From Candidatus Kaiserbacteria bacterium (GTDB lineage: Bacteria > Patescibacteriota > Minisyncoccia > Phycocordibacterales > UBA2100), in the NCBI GenBank assembly GCA_017134395.1, contig CP070993.1, positions 320,210 to 384,209 of the forward strand: 64,000 nt of DNA, read 5' to 3'. Positions 53,834-61,987 of the stretch are shown piece after piece; the first letter of the stretch is position 1; each line of letters starts with the position of its first letter. The notes below the pieces were generated by a model. The model did not search any database, had not been told where the DNA came from, and was given only the letters and a program-made list of their open reading frames with translations. The translations under genes were made by a program, and so were the position numbers.

Positions 53834-55570
53834 TTACTCTTCTACATTAAGTAGTTTTTCGAGGGACTCTTTAGAAACCTCGCTGTTGGATTCTTCTTTT
53901 GCCGATTCTTTCTTTATAGGTGTCGGTGAAGGTTTCGTGTCTTGCTGCTCTTTTTGGGGAGCCACTGTACCCTTATTTCCCTTTTCTGGCTCCTTATTTT
54001 TAACAGATTTGGTAATTTCTGCCAGTGCGTCACGAAGTGCTGAATTCCCATTCTTGGGTGTTACCTCTTTAGATTTAGTGATCTTCTTCGCTTTTTTTCC
54101 ACCAGCTGGTTGATTATTGTCTTTAACCACTGCATCCTTTTTTTCTACGGATTGTTGTGTTGGAGTATTTCCGTTGTTCGCATCGTTGCCATTGCCATTG
54201 CCGTCCCCGTTTTTCTTTTTTTTCTTTGGCCACTGACTGGCTGGTTTTTCAAACCCTCCTGGAGCAATCTTAGAATCAACCTCGCCTATCATTTTTTCAA
54301 CCTCTGCGCGTGGCTTGCTGTAGACAGTTCGTGAATTCTCAATAATTTGCCCAACAAAATTAGAAGGTGCATTCTCCACCGGTGGAAGTGTTTTTGCAGA
54401 GAATGGTTTAGACCCAACACCATCTATCATGAGTGTGAGATAAATTTGAGCAAATCCAAGATTTACCAAGTCTTCCGCATAAAACGTGGGCTCAAATACT
54501 GTTTTCAGCACTTCTGCATCAAATGGACCGACGCGGAATGTAATAATACTTCCTACGTTTCCAAAAATTGCCGCTCGGATATCTTCATCTACCTGCTCTA
54601 TATACTGATGAGCAATGGTAAGCGACAGTTTGTATTTACGAGCTTCAGAGAGTATGTTCGCAAACGATGCGTTAACCACTGACTGAAATTCATCAACGTA
54701 TAAGTAAAACGGGGGTAACTGAGCAAGTGTTTCTGCTGAGTCTTCGGCACGGCTCATAGCAGCAAGGTAGATTTTTGTGGTAAGCATGCTTCCTAAAAGA
54801 TCTGCATTTTGTTCGCCCATGCGCCCTTTCGATAAGTTCACAATAAAAATCTTTTGGGTATCCATCATTTCTCGTATATCAAAGGTAGATTTCGGTTGCG
54901 CAATAATGTTTCGCACCAATGGATTTGACGCAAATTGCCCTATTTTGTTTTGAATTGCCGGCGTTGCTTCTTGAGTATACCGATCGGTGTAGGCAGCAAA
55001 TTCTTCTGTCCAAAAACGTTTTACGATTGGGTCGGTAACATACTCAACAACTTTTTTGCGAAATTCCTTGTTGATGAGCATGCGGTTTACATCAATAAGC
55101 GTCGTGCCTGGATACTCAAGCAAGGCTAAAAGTACATTTTGCAAAATATACTCCATACGAGCAGACCACGCATCTACCCAAATACGTTGAAACGAACTCA
55201 TAAGCCCTGCAACGACAAGGTGTCGTTTGTCGTACCCAACGTCTTCCATGACGTTGAATCCTATAGGGTATTCAATATCAAACGGTGCAAAATACACAAC
55301 GTCCTTAATACGTGACTCTGGTACGTACTCTAAGAGTTTTTCTGCTGTGCTTCCGTGCGGATCGATAAAACAAACTCCTTCGCCATTTTGTATGTCTTGA
55401 ATCGCCATGTTTTCTAACAAGGTCGATTTACCCATACCAGTCTTCCCAATCACATACGTGTGGCGCATTCGGTCAAGCGCTCGAATACCAAATGGAATCT
55501 GCTTGTTTCGTGAATCAGTCGCACCAAAATAGACTACGCGTTGCGGATCGTATTCGTAGTTATCATCCAT
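53834..55570 (-). CDS. VirD4/TraG/TraD-like (T4SS coupling-protein-type, TrwB_AAD_bind-like) P-loop ATPase with a long K/E/N-rich disordered C-terminal tail
   Basis: Preferred start is the ATG at 55570 (MDDNYEYDPQRVVYFG...). Walker A is VIGKTGMGKSTLL, Walker B is FYLYVDEFQSV, and TIAHQ is also present. The C-terminal ~170 aa are low complexity (KKKKKNGDGNGNGND..., K/E-rich). No N-terminal TM segments were seen. The longer track ORF (start 55735) runs through a GC hairpin and is rejected. Confidence 0.55.
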   Translation of the reverse strand: MDDNYEYDPQRVVYFGATDSRNKQIPFGIRALDRMRHTYVIGKTGMGKSTLLENMAIQDIQNGEGVCFIDPHGSTAEKLLEYVPESRIKDVVYFAPFDIEYPIGFNVMEDVGYDKRHLVVAGLMSSFQRIWVDAWSARMEYILQNVLLALLEYPGTTLIDVNRMLINKEFRKKVVEYVTDPIVKRFWTEEFAAYTDRYTQEATPAIQNKIGQFASNPLVRNIIAQPKSTFDIREMMDTQKIFIVNLSKGRMGEQNADLLGSMLTTKIYLAAMSRAEDSAETLAQLPPFYLYVDEFQSVVNASFANILSEARKYKLSLTIAHQYIEQVDEDIRAAIFGNVGSIITFRVGPFDAEVLKTVFEPTFYAEDLVNLGFAQIYLTLMIDGVGSKPFSAKTLPPVENAPSNFVGQIIENSRTVYSKPRAEVEKMIGEVDSKIAPGGFEKPASQWPKKKKKNGDGNGNGNDANNGNTPTQQSVEKKDAVVKDNNQPAGGKKAKKITKSKEVTPKNGNSALRDALAEITKSVKNKEPEKGNKGTVAPQKEQQDTKPSPTPIKKESAKEESNSEVSKESLEKLLNVEE

Positions 55571-55627
55571 AACGATAAGTATATCGTACTTCCTTTGTGC
55601 ATATATAGTATTAATCCCCGCCGTGCT

Positions 55628-55665
55628 ACGCACGGCGGGGACTTTTGTGGTAGTTTTCACGTATC
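55628..55665. terminator. GC-rich hairpin (ccccgccgtgc-tac-gcacggcgggg) followed by a T-rich tract. It is a candidate intrinsic terminator or attenuator between two minus-strand genes.
   Basis: 11-bp perfect GC stem with a 3-nt loop. On the plus strand it is followed by acttttgtggtagttttc. Both neighbouring genes are on the minus strand, where the U-tract is weak, so the strand assignment is uncertain. Confidence 0.35.
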
Positions 55666-55895
55666 GAGATGATGCAATACTGCACCAAGAAGCACCGCTG
55701 CGGCAAACAGCACAATTACCAGAAGCAGCGCCCATTTCTCCAAAAAACCATTTAGTCTTGAGAAATCATGGCTCGCTTCCCTTATGCTTTCTCTGATTTG
55801 ATACTCTTCGTCTAACCTCATCACTGGGCACCTCCGTGCTTAAATTAGATATCTATCTGAAAACTCTACCTTAGTTCAAGCTAACACAGCACTTA

Positions 55896-57155
55896 TTATT
55901 TTGCTAACTCAAGTCCTCCTCGTGTGTAGTAGTTGCTCGGTGCCCACAGCATCCAGCTGTGTAGCCCAGCATCGTATGCTGCTTGAATTTGTGCTCGCAC
56001 TTCTACCGGTCCGTAATCCCCTCCGTAGTCAAAATCTTGCAACCAGGGCCGTAGCACATTCGGATCGCGTGCCGGCTTACTGTAGATAGCAGGAGTGCTT
56101 GTACCCATACGCTCATACGCAAATGAGCCAATTTTTGTCGTCGTTGCCGTTACCCGCTCCACTGCCCTATCCATAGAATATTTTACTACTCCGTATACTT
56201 CATCGTTCGGGTTCGCGTATCCATTAAACCCTCGTGGGTAATGAGATGGGTATACCATTGGTGCAATGTAATCGAAATATGGTGTTGCGCGTTCAAGTAC
56301 CTGCCCAATAGTGAGGTCATCTGAGTTTGTGGTCGTCATTCCAAACAAGTCGGCTGAGAGCACTGGTATATTTCCAAAAGCATCTGGTTTTCGTACTTTT
56401 TGAGAGATATATCTGAAAAACTTCTCGAGCTCTACCTGTCGTTGCGAATAGTCGGAGTGATTAAACTGCACATCACTCATTGGACCATCTGAAGGATACC
56501 GAACGTAATCGAAGTTCAATTCATCAAATCCAATTGCATACGATTCGTTTGCAATGTCTACAATGTAATCCCAGAAAGGTTTTGCTCCAACATCTACAAA
56601 TGCTAACCCTTTGTGGTCTTGCCAAGGAATTCCTTTACTTTTGCTTTGAACTGCGAGCTCGGGATAGACACTCGTGTAGAGTGGGTCTTGGAAAACAGTG
56701 ATGCGTCCAATCAAGTAAATGTCGTCTTCATGAAGTTCCTCAAGGAATTCCTTCATGTCGGATACCTTACAGCCAGTTCCACCAAGGTCTTCAACACCTT
56801 CACCTCGAGGGAAACTTACCGTGCCGGTGAAGTCTTTAATATCAATAATAATAGAGTTCACTTCTGTTTCTGCAACAAGTGATGTAATCTCCTCGCGAAA
56901 AGTATTACTCGAAGCAGCGCACTGGCTCATATATACTGAACGTACAAATGGCGGAACAGGCACGTGCTTTACAGGTGGTGGTCCTTGCGAAACATGTTGT
57001 GGTTGAGTGGTATTTTTTGCCTGTGCGTTTGGAATATAGGTAGTAACACCCTTACCAAGTACCGGTGCACCGAAGATGATGACTACTCCGATAGCTAAAA
57101 CGACTACAAGAGTAGCTACCCACAATATGGTGATGCGGGCAATTCCTTTATTCAT
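55896..57155 (-). CDS. putative glycoside hydrolase-like TIM-barrel protein (DUF4015/GHL-type), N-terminally membrane anchored
   Basis: About 420 aa. The N-terminal TM is ITILWVATLVVVLAIGVVIIF. The region VRSVYMSQCAASSNTFREEITSLVAETEVNSIIIDIKDFTG resembles the 'putative glycosyl hydrolase domain' proteins common in small genomes. The start is ambiguous among the GTG at 57188 and the ATGs at 57176 and 57155. Confidence 0.4.
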   Translation of the reverse strand: MNKGIARITILWVATLVVVLAIGVVIIFGAPVLGKGVTTYIPNAQAKNTTQPQHVSQGPPPVKHVPVPPFVRSVYMSQCAASSNTFREEITSLVAETEVNSIIIDIKDFTGTVSFPRGEGVEDLGGTGCKVSDMKEFLEELHEDDIYLIGRITVFQDPLYTSVYPELAVQSKSKGIPWQDHKGLAFVDVGAKPFWDYIVDIANESYAIGFDELNFDYVRYPSDGPMSDVQFNHSDYSQRQVELEKFFRYISQKVRKPDAFGNIPVLSADLFGMTTTNSDDLTIGQVLERATPYFDYIAPMVYPSHYPRGFNGYANPNDEVYGVVKYSMDRAVERVTATTTKIGSFAYERMGTSTPAIYSKPARDPNVLRPWLQDFDYGGDYGPVEVRAQIQAAYDAGLHSWMLWAPSNYYTRGGLELAK

Positions 57156-57387
57156 GTGCCACTGAGATATCTGCATCAGGCATAGCACTCTGTTTGTAAG
57201 ATGAAAATTCTTCTCCGTCTGCAGCGCGGGTTTTAGTACGAGTTTCAGTGTACATACGGAATGCGAGTGCAGCGATACCAGCTCCCAGTATGAGGAACAT
57301 TATATTTTTCCATGAGCTCGGGAAACCTAAAAATGGCAACAATGCCACAATGATTCCAAGTGTAACAATAGTCTTTGTATGCTTCAT
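57148..57387 (-). CDS. small hypothetical membrane protein (two predicted TM helices)
   Basis: 79 aa with TIVTLGIIVALLPFLGF and IMFLILGAGIAALAF. It overlaps the downstream gene start. Confidence 0.3.
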   Translation of the reverse strand: MKHTKTIVTLGIIVALLPFLGFPSSWKNIMFLILGAGIAALAFRMYTETRTKTRAADGEEFSSYKQSAMPDADISVAHE

Positions 57388-57408
57388 ATCGCGCCATTAT
57401 AGCATGTC

Positions 57409-58128
57409 CTAGAAAGACGCAACTATGACGACAAATTCCCCTTTTTGTTTCTCTGGAGTCTCTGTAATGAGTGTCTTTAGTTCTTCTCCAGTACCACAAA
57501 GTACTTCTTCATATATTTTTGTGAGTTCACGGGCGATACAAATTTTTCTGTCTCCTACATGTTCGGTAAGTTCATCAAGTAGTTTTACAATTCGGTGAGT
57601 TGACTCGTATAACACGACAGTGCGGTTTGTTTCTGCGATTTCTTTCAGTTGCGTTTGCCTACCTTTTTTGTGTGGTAAAAACCCTAAAAACGTAAACTCG
57701 CTTGCTGATACTCCAGTTATTGAAAGTGCTGCGGTAACAGCTGAGGCCCCTGGAATAACTTCAATAGTAAAGTTGTGTTCACGAACTCGTGCAACGAGTT
57801 GTGAACCAGGGTCAGAGACTGTTGGGGTGCCTGCGTCTGAAACATACGCCACACGCTCTCCATTTTCGAGATGAGAAAGTACTTCGTCTATTTTTATAGA
57901 CTCAGTGCGGGCGTTTAGGCTCTTAAGATGAGTATTAATTTCATACTTCTCGAACAAGCGTCGAGTGACCCGTGTGTCTTCACAAAAAACGACATCTGCT
58001 TCACCAAGAATGCGAATGGCGCGAAGGGTGATGTCTTCAAGGTTGCCTATGGGTGTCGCTACTATATAGAGTGTTCCGTTTTCCATTGGAGAAACAATAC
58101 CGTGATAGCGAGACTTTGCATAGCCCAT
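57409..58128 (-). CDS. rsmI: 16S rRNA (cytidine1402-2'-O)-methyltransferase RsmI
   Basis: GTLYIVATPIGNLEDITLRAIRILGEADVVFCEDTRVTRRL is the RsmI N-terminal signature. The start is ambiguous, with ATGs at 58128 and 58086. The track start at 58239 adds a non-conserved extension. Confidence 0.75.
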   Translation of the reverse strand: MGYAKSRYHGIVSPMENGTLYIVATPIGNLEDITLRAIRILGEADVVFCEDTRVTRRLFEKYEINTHLKSLNARTESIKIDEVLSHLENGERVAYVSDAGTPTVSDPGSQLVARVREHNFTIEVIPGASAVTAALSITGVSASEFTFLGFLPHKKGRQTQLKEIAETNRTVVLYESTHRIVKLLDELTEHVGDRKICIARELTKIYEEVLCGTGEELKTLITETPEKQKGEFVVIVASF

Positions 58129-58178
58129 ACGTACAAAACATCCAATTAATTGGATGTTTTGTATTTGATGATGAGCGA

Positions 58179-58208
58179 TAACCGGACTACTACTTAGTAG
58201 TCCGGTTA
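58179..58208. repeat. hairpin palindrome taaccggactact-actt-agtagtccggtta (family B motif, shared with two sites near the second RAYT)
   Basis: 13-bp perfect arms with a 4-nt loop. It is nested with a second inverted pair, tacttagta/tactaagta (58191..58215). A further 12-nt palindrome, ccaattaattgg, lies at 58143..58154. Confidence 0.55.
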
Positions 58209-58220
58209 CTAAGTAGTAAT

Positions 58221-58250
58221 GGTTTAAAAAAGGTCGCACTTGCGTGCGAC
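58221..58250 (-). terminator. rho-independent terminator for the minus-strand gene ending at 58314
   Basis: On the minus strand the sequence is gggtcgcacgcaagtgcgacc followed by tttttt. The stem is 8 bp with a 4-nt loop. Confidence 0.65.
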
Positions 58251-58313
58251 CCTTAATGTACTCTTAACTCCCTGAGAGGCTTCTGCCGTTACGCATGACT
58301 TTCTGTCATCTAC

Positions 58314-58598
58314 TTACCCACGACGTGGGTTTGGAAGTGGAATGCGATAGTGAGCACCAGAAGGTGCAGCTACTGCTGTCACCCCAGTCGATTCAACGAT
58401 TGAACCGTACGTGGTGGCAGTTCTTGGGAAATGCAGCTTTCCTGTTTGGGTGGTGTAGTACGCATCCACAACCAACGGGGAAATGAGCGTATACAACACG
58501 AACCCAAGAGCGCATACCAACGCTCCTCCTGCGATAGCACTGAAAAACAATGACCCGCCGGAGATAACATCTAAACCATCTCTGAAACTTTGTCGCAT
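58314..58598 (-). CDS. hypothetical small membrane protein
   Basis: 94 aa. One hydrophobic helix (LFFSAIAGGALVCALGFVLYTLI). It is followed by a good terminator, which supports expression. Confidence 0.35.
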   Translation of the reverse strand: MRQSFRDGLDVISGGSLFFSAIAGGALVCALGFVLYTLISPLVVDAYYTTQTGKLHFPRTATTYGSIVESTGVTAVAAPSGAHYRIPLPNPRRG

Positions 58599-58683
58599 CT
58601 TATAACCTCTCTCAAAAGTTGAACAGGCTATATTAAAACATAGTGTACACCCTGCGTCAATAGTATATTTAAAGCTTTCAAAA

Positions 58684-58713
58684 TGTTGATTCCCCTACCT
58701 CGCGTGTTATATT
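58684..58713 (+). promoter_or_regulatory. sigma70-like promoter of the MurC/Mpl-family ligase gene. The transcript is possibly leaderless or has a very short leader.
   Basis: TTGATT, then 16 nt, then TATATT. The -10 hexamer ends about 6 nt before the ATG at 58720, and no SD is visible. Confidence 0.35.
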
Positions 58714-58719
58714 CAGCCA

Positions 58720-60123
58720 ATGAAGAAAGCTCATATTATTGGTGTTGCTGGAGTTGCTATGAGCGCAACGGCTAAATTACTCATGGATGCTGGCTGGGAC
58801 GTCAGTGGTTCTGATGACAACTTCTACCCTCCTGCTTCTGACTATGTCGAAAAACTTGGCTTTACCTTCCACCATGGATATCGAGCGTCAAACATTCCAG
58901 AAGATGTTGATCTTGTCATTATTGGCCGCAATGCAAAGCTGACACCAGAAACAAATGCAGAAGTAGAACATGCTCACGAAATAGGTGTCGACATAAAATC
59001 CTTCCCTGAGGTAATCGCAGAACTAACCGCCGACGCGCATCGCATTATCGTAGCTGGTAGTTACGGCAAATCTACCGTTACAAGCATCGTGTCGTGGGCA
59101 TTGGTACAAGCCGAAAAAGATCCGAGCTATTTTATCGGTGCCTACCCGCTGGATATGGAATTTACTTCGCACAAGGGAGCGGGTGAAGTGGCAATAATTG
59201 AAGGAGACGAGTACCCTACCGCACACTGGGATGACAGTTCTAAGTTTCTGCATTTTAACGCCGATGATGTACTTCTCACTGCAGTTGAACACGACCATGT
59301 GAATGTGTTTCCAACCTACAAAGAATACGTACAACCTTTTATTGAGCTGCTGCGAAACATGCCAGAACACGGTCTTCTTGTTGCCTGTATTGATAACAAA
59401 GGCGTAGCGGAGGTTTTAGAACACGCACCGCAATACATTACCTACGGACTTAGTGACGAAGCACTGTGGCACGCTACAAATATTTCCTACGGCGAAACCA
59501 CTACCTTTGACCTTACGCATGACGGTGAAGTAGTCGCCAAACTACAAACGCAACTATTAGGTAGCCACAATGTACAAAATATAGTTGGCGCTGCCGCTCT
59601 TCTTCTTACACGTGAATTAGTAACAGTCGACGAACTACAATCGGCAATTGCATCGTTTAGTGGGGTGCGGAGGCGTTTAAACAAAATCTCTACGACCTCT
59701 CGCATACCAACATACGAAGGGTTTGGCTCTTCGTATGAAAAAGCTCGCGCTGCGATTGATGCGATAGCGTTACACTATCCAGACAAAAAAATAGTTACTC
59801 TCTTTGAACCACATACGTTCAGCTGGCGAAACCGCGATGCATTAGAATGGTATGACACTGTTTTTAAAGACATGAAAGAGGTGCTGGTATTCCACCCAGC
59901 TGAACAAGGATCTGATACACATAAGCAGCTCACACAAAACGAAATAGTTGGTCGTATTAAAGCGTCTGGTATATCGGCTATCCCAGTACAAGATGCAAAC
60001 AGTGTGTACGAAAAACTAACTGGAACTCTTACTGAAGATACCGTTCTACTAGTACTTACTTCGGGCAACCTAGATGGTGTACTCGATACTCTTCCTGAAT
60101 GGCTCGATAACACGTTTACTTAA
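58720..60123 (+). CDS. MurC/Mpl-family UDP-N-acetylmuramate ligase. It shows features of Mpl (UDP-N-acetylmuramate:L-Ala-gamma-D-Glu-meso-DAP ligase).
   Basis: 467 aa. HIIGVAGVAMSATAKLLMDAGWDVSGSDDNFYPPASDYVEKLGFTFHHGYRASNIPEDVDLVIIGRNA parallels the Mpl N-terminus (GSD.N.YPPMS..LE..GI....GY.AS.L....DLVIIGNA). The ATP-binding P-loop is GSYGKSTVTS. Confidence 0.7.
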   Translation: MKKAHIIGVAGVAMSATAKLLMDAGWDVSGSDDNFYPPASDYVEKLGFTFHHGYRASNIPEDVDLVIIGRNAKLTPETNAEVEHAHEIGVDIKSFPEVIAELTADAHRIIVAGSYGKSTVTSIVSWALVQAEKDPSYFIGAYPLDMEFTSHKGAGEVAIIEGDEYPTAHWDDSSKFLHFNADDVLLTAVEHDHVNVFPTYKEYVQPFIELLRNMPEHGLLVACIDNKGVAEVLEHAPQYITYGLSDEALWHATNISYGETTTFDLTHDGEVVAKLQTQLLGSHNVQNIVGAAALLLTRELVTVDELQSAIASFSGVRRRLNKISTTSRIPTYEGFGSSYEKARAAIDAIALHYPDKKIVTLFEPHTFSWRNRDALEWYDTVFKDMKEVLVFHPAEQGSDTHKQLTQNEIVGRIKASGISAIPVQDANSVYEKLTGTLTEDTVLLVLTSGNLDGVLDTLPEWLDNTFT

Positions 60124-60138
60124 TATGCATTCAGATAC

Positions 60139-60170
60139 CTATTACAGTATTACATGTAATGCTGTAATAG
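60139..60170. promoter_or_regulatory. 32-nt near-perfect palindrome ctattacagtattacatgtaatgctgtaatag between the Mpl-like gene and the next gene
   Basis: There is a single mismatched mirror pair (t/g, which is a G-U wobble in RNA). The centre is ACATGT. It may be an operator or an RNA hairpin. Confidence 0.4.
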
Positions 60171-60226
60171 ACATCGCTCTTATAACTCTTTCCATTTCAG
60201 ACTTCTACATTTAATCACGCATCATT

Positions 60227-60988
60227 ATGAAAACATTCTCCAGCGAATTTGCACACAACTACGGAACCTATTCATTTGGGTACTGTAACTATTGCGAGTA
60301 CGAGGCCGGTGACTCTTTGAGCGAGATTTACGAAAAGGGATACCTTCCCTACTCGGGCTCAGAAGATATTTGGAGTACTTTTTATATGGCTCGCAGTTCT
60401 CGTATTGAAGTTCCTCGGTGGGAACCAAATAGTGAAAACCGCCGAGTACTTCGTGCACACGAATATGCATTTACTCGCACCGTATACGCTAAGAAAGATT
60501 TTGAGACGAATCAAGACTTTAAAGATTTCTGCCTTACGTATTTTGAAACACACCATGGTGCGCACGCTATGCCAGCAGGACGCTTGGATCACATACTAGA
60601 AGAAGACGCACTAACGCATATTGTGTCTTACGAAAATGGTGACACGTTGGCAGGCTATGTATTTCTTGCAGCTGACAAAGACATGACGCATGTATGGTTT
60701 TATTTTTATGCACCTGAATTTGCTAAAAGTTCGTTTGGTATGTGGTTCTTACTTAACGAAGCATCTGTGGCAAAAAGTGAAGGTAAAAAACATTTTTATA
60801 TTGGCACTGCCTACGGCGACAAATCGCGCTACAAAACAAATTTCTCTAACTTAGAATTCTGGGATGGCAAAGAATGGCTCCAAGACAAAAATAATCGTGA
60901 GGTGAAAGGGCGTATACATAATGACCACCTCGATTTGGTTGACACAACTGATGATTTTAAATCGGGAAAGAAGAACTATTTTGCGTAA
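60227..60988 (+). CDS. hypothetical protein, possibly arginyl/leucyl-tRNA-protein transferase-like (ATE_N/ATE_C, bacterial Bpt-like)
   Basis: 253 aa. A Cys pair GYCNYCEY sits near the N-terminus (ATE_N-like C.YC). The C-terminal HFYIGTAYGDKSRYKTNFSNLEFW resembles the ATE_C 'YLGYWI...KM.YK..F.P.E' region. This is tentative. Confidence 0.3.
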   Translation: MKTFSSEFAHNYGTYSFGYCNYCEYEAGDSLSEIYEKGYLPYSGSEDIWSTFYMARSSRIEVPRWEPNSENRRVLRAHEYAFTRTVYAKKDFETNQDFKDFCLTYFETHHGAHAMPAGRLDHILEEDALTHIVSYENGDTLAGYVFLAADKDMTHVWFYFYAPEFAKSSFGMWFLLNEASVAKSEGKKHFYIGTAYGDKSRYKTNFSNLEFWDGKEWLQDKNNREVKGRIHNDHLDLVDTTDDFKSGKKNYFA

Positions 60989-60995
60989 GTATTGA

Positions 60996-61077
60996 CACAC
61001 TTGTATTTCGAGGTACTATTGTCGATAGATTAGTATGCATGTTGTAACTCGTACGTTTTAACAGAAAGGAGGCGGCA
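60996..61077 (+). promoter_or_regulatory. promoter plus strong RBS for the gene at 61078
   Basis: A consensus TTGACA at 60996 is followed about 16-17 nt later by TACTAT. AAAGGAGG lies 5 nt upstream of the ATG at 61078. Confidence 0.45.
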
Positions 61078-61917
61078 ATGCTCGAAGCATCAGCCGTTAA
61101 CAGAAGTCGCGTAGAAACCCGTACTACGGGTTTCGGGCCAGCAGAAATTCAACTCTTCAGCGGTGCTGGGGATATTGATTGGTCAGTTGACCGCAGTAAA
61201 CTGGATACTTTCGATGAAATCCTCGGGGTAACCCCTCCTAACATTCAAAAACTCTGGATGCCGCGACCGACGGAAGCAAATGGAGAACTTGCGCCTCAAG
61301 GAGACTTTAGCCCCCTGTTTGATGGACACGAACACCCGATTATCATGGGTAACTGTGATGCGGATGGTTGTATTGTTCGGCATGGAGATGCCTTCGGTCT
61401 GCTCTCGGCAGATTGTGCCACGCTCGTTGCCTACGCAGACGACATGGTAATTGCGGCTCATGCTGGGCGTGACAGCGTCATGGACAGAACTGTCATTGCA
61501 GGCGGTGATCCAAGCCGAGACTATTCCGGTATTCTCGAGTCGATTGTCGTAGAATTCCTTGATGCAGGATATCGACCGCAAGATGTTCATCTGGGTATCT
61601 TCGGCGGTATCCAGAGCAATTTCTTGCACGACCCCACTCATCCAGAGTACGGTGAGTATAATCGTGGGCTGATACACTATGCAAAACAATTTGAGGGTGC
61701 TCTCATCAATGAAGAAATTGGTGACATCAATATGAACGCTCTCATAAGAGCGAAAGCAACTCAAATATACGGCATCAACCCTGACAAAATCATTGATGAC
61801 GGTGTTGATTCTGGCTCTGACCGTGATGCGCATGGCAACCTCTTGTGGGCTAGCCATCGCCATGCAAAGAATGGACATCGCGAGAGAAACTTTATTCTCG
61901 TGCGTCACACGCAGTAA
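61078..61917 (+). CDS. YfiH/PgeF (DUF152, purine-nucleoside-phosphorylase/peptidoglycan-editing-factor) family protein
   Basis: 279 aa. LLSADCATLVAYADDMVIAAHAGRDSV matches the YfiH '.tADC.Pvl......v.a.HAGWRG' core, and the C-terminal WASHRHAKNGHRERNFIL resembles the 'SyRR...tGR....i' end. Confidence 0.45.
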   Translation: MLEASAVNRSRVETRTTGFGPAEIQLFSGAGDIDWSVDRSKLDTFDEILGVTPPNIQKLWMPRPTEANGELAPQGDFSPLFDGHEHPIIMGNCDADGCIVRHGDAFGLLSADCATLVAYADDMVIAAHAGRDSVMDRTVIAGGDPSRDYSGILESIVVEFLDAGYRPQDVHLGIFGGIQSNFLHDPTHPEYGEYNRGLIHYAKQFEGALINEEIGDINMNALIRAKATQIYGINPDKIIDDGVDSGSDRDAHGNLLWASHRHAKNGHRERNFILVRHTQ

Positions 61918-61934
61918 ATTATACAAACGTTACA

Positions 61935-61970
61935 GACGCCGGCAGCTTTAGCTGTCGGCGTTTTCTTTTT
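61935..61970 (+). terminator. rho-independent terminator of the YfiH-like gene
   Basis: acgccggcagc-ttta-gctgtcggcgt is an 11-bp stem (one G-U pair) followed by ttttcttttt. Confidence 0.75.
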
Positions 61971-61987
61971 ATACTGCATTTAATTCC

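Noticed and set aside
55571-55735. N-terminal 55-codon extension of the ATPase ORF (track start at 55735)
   Set aside because: The extension reads through the GC hairpin at 55628..55652 and encodes the Cys/Ser-rich MGAASGNCAVCRSGASWCS. The ATG at 55570 directly precedes the conserved domain and has a GGAAG upstream.
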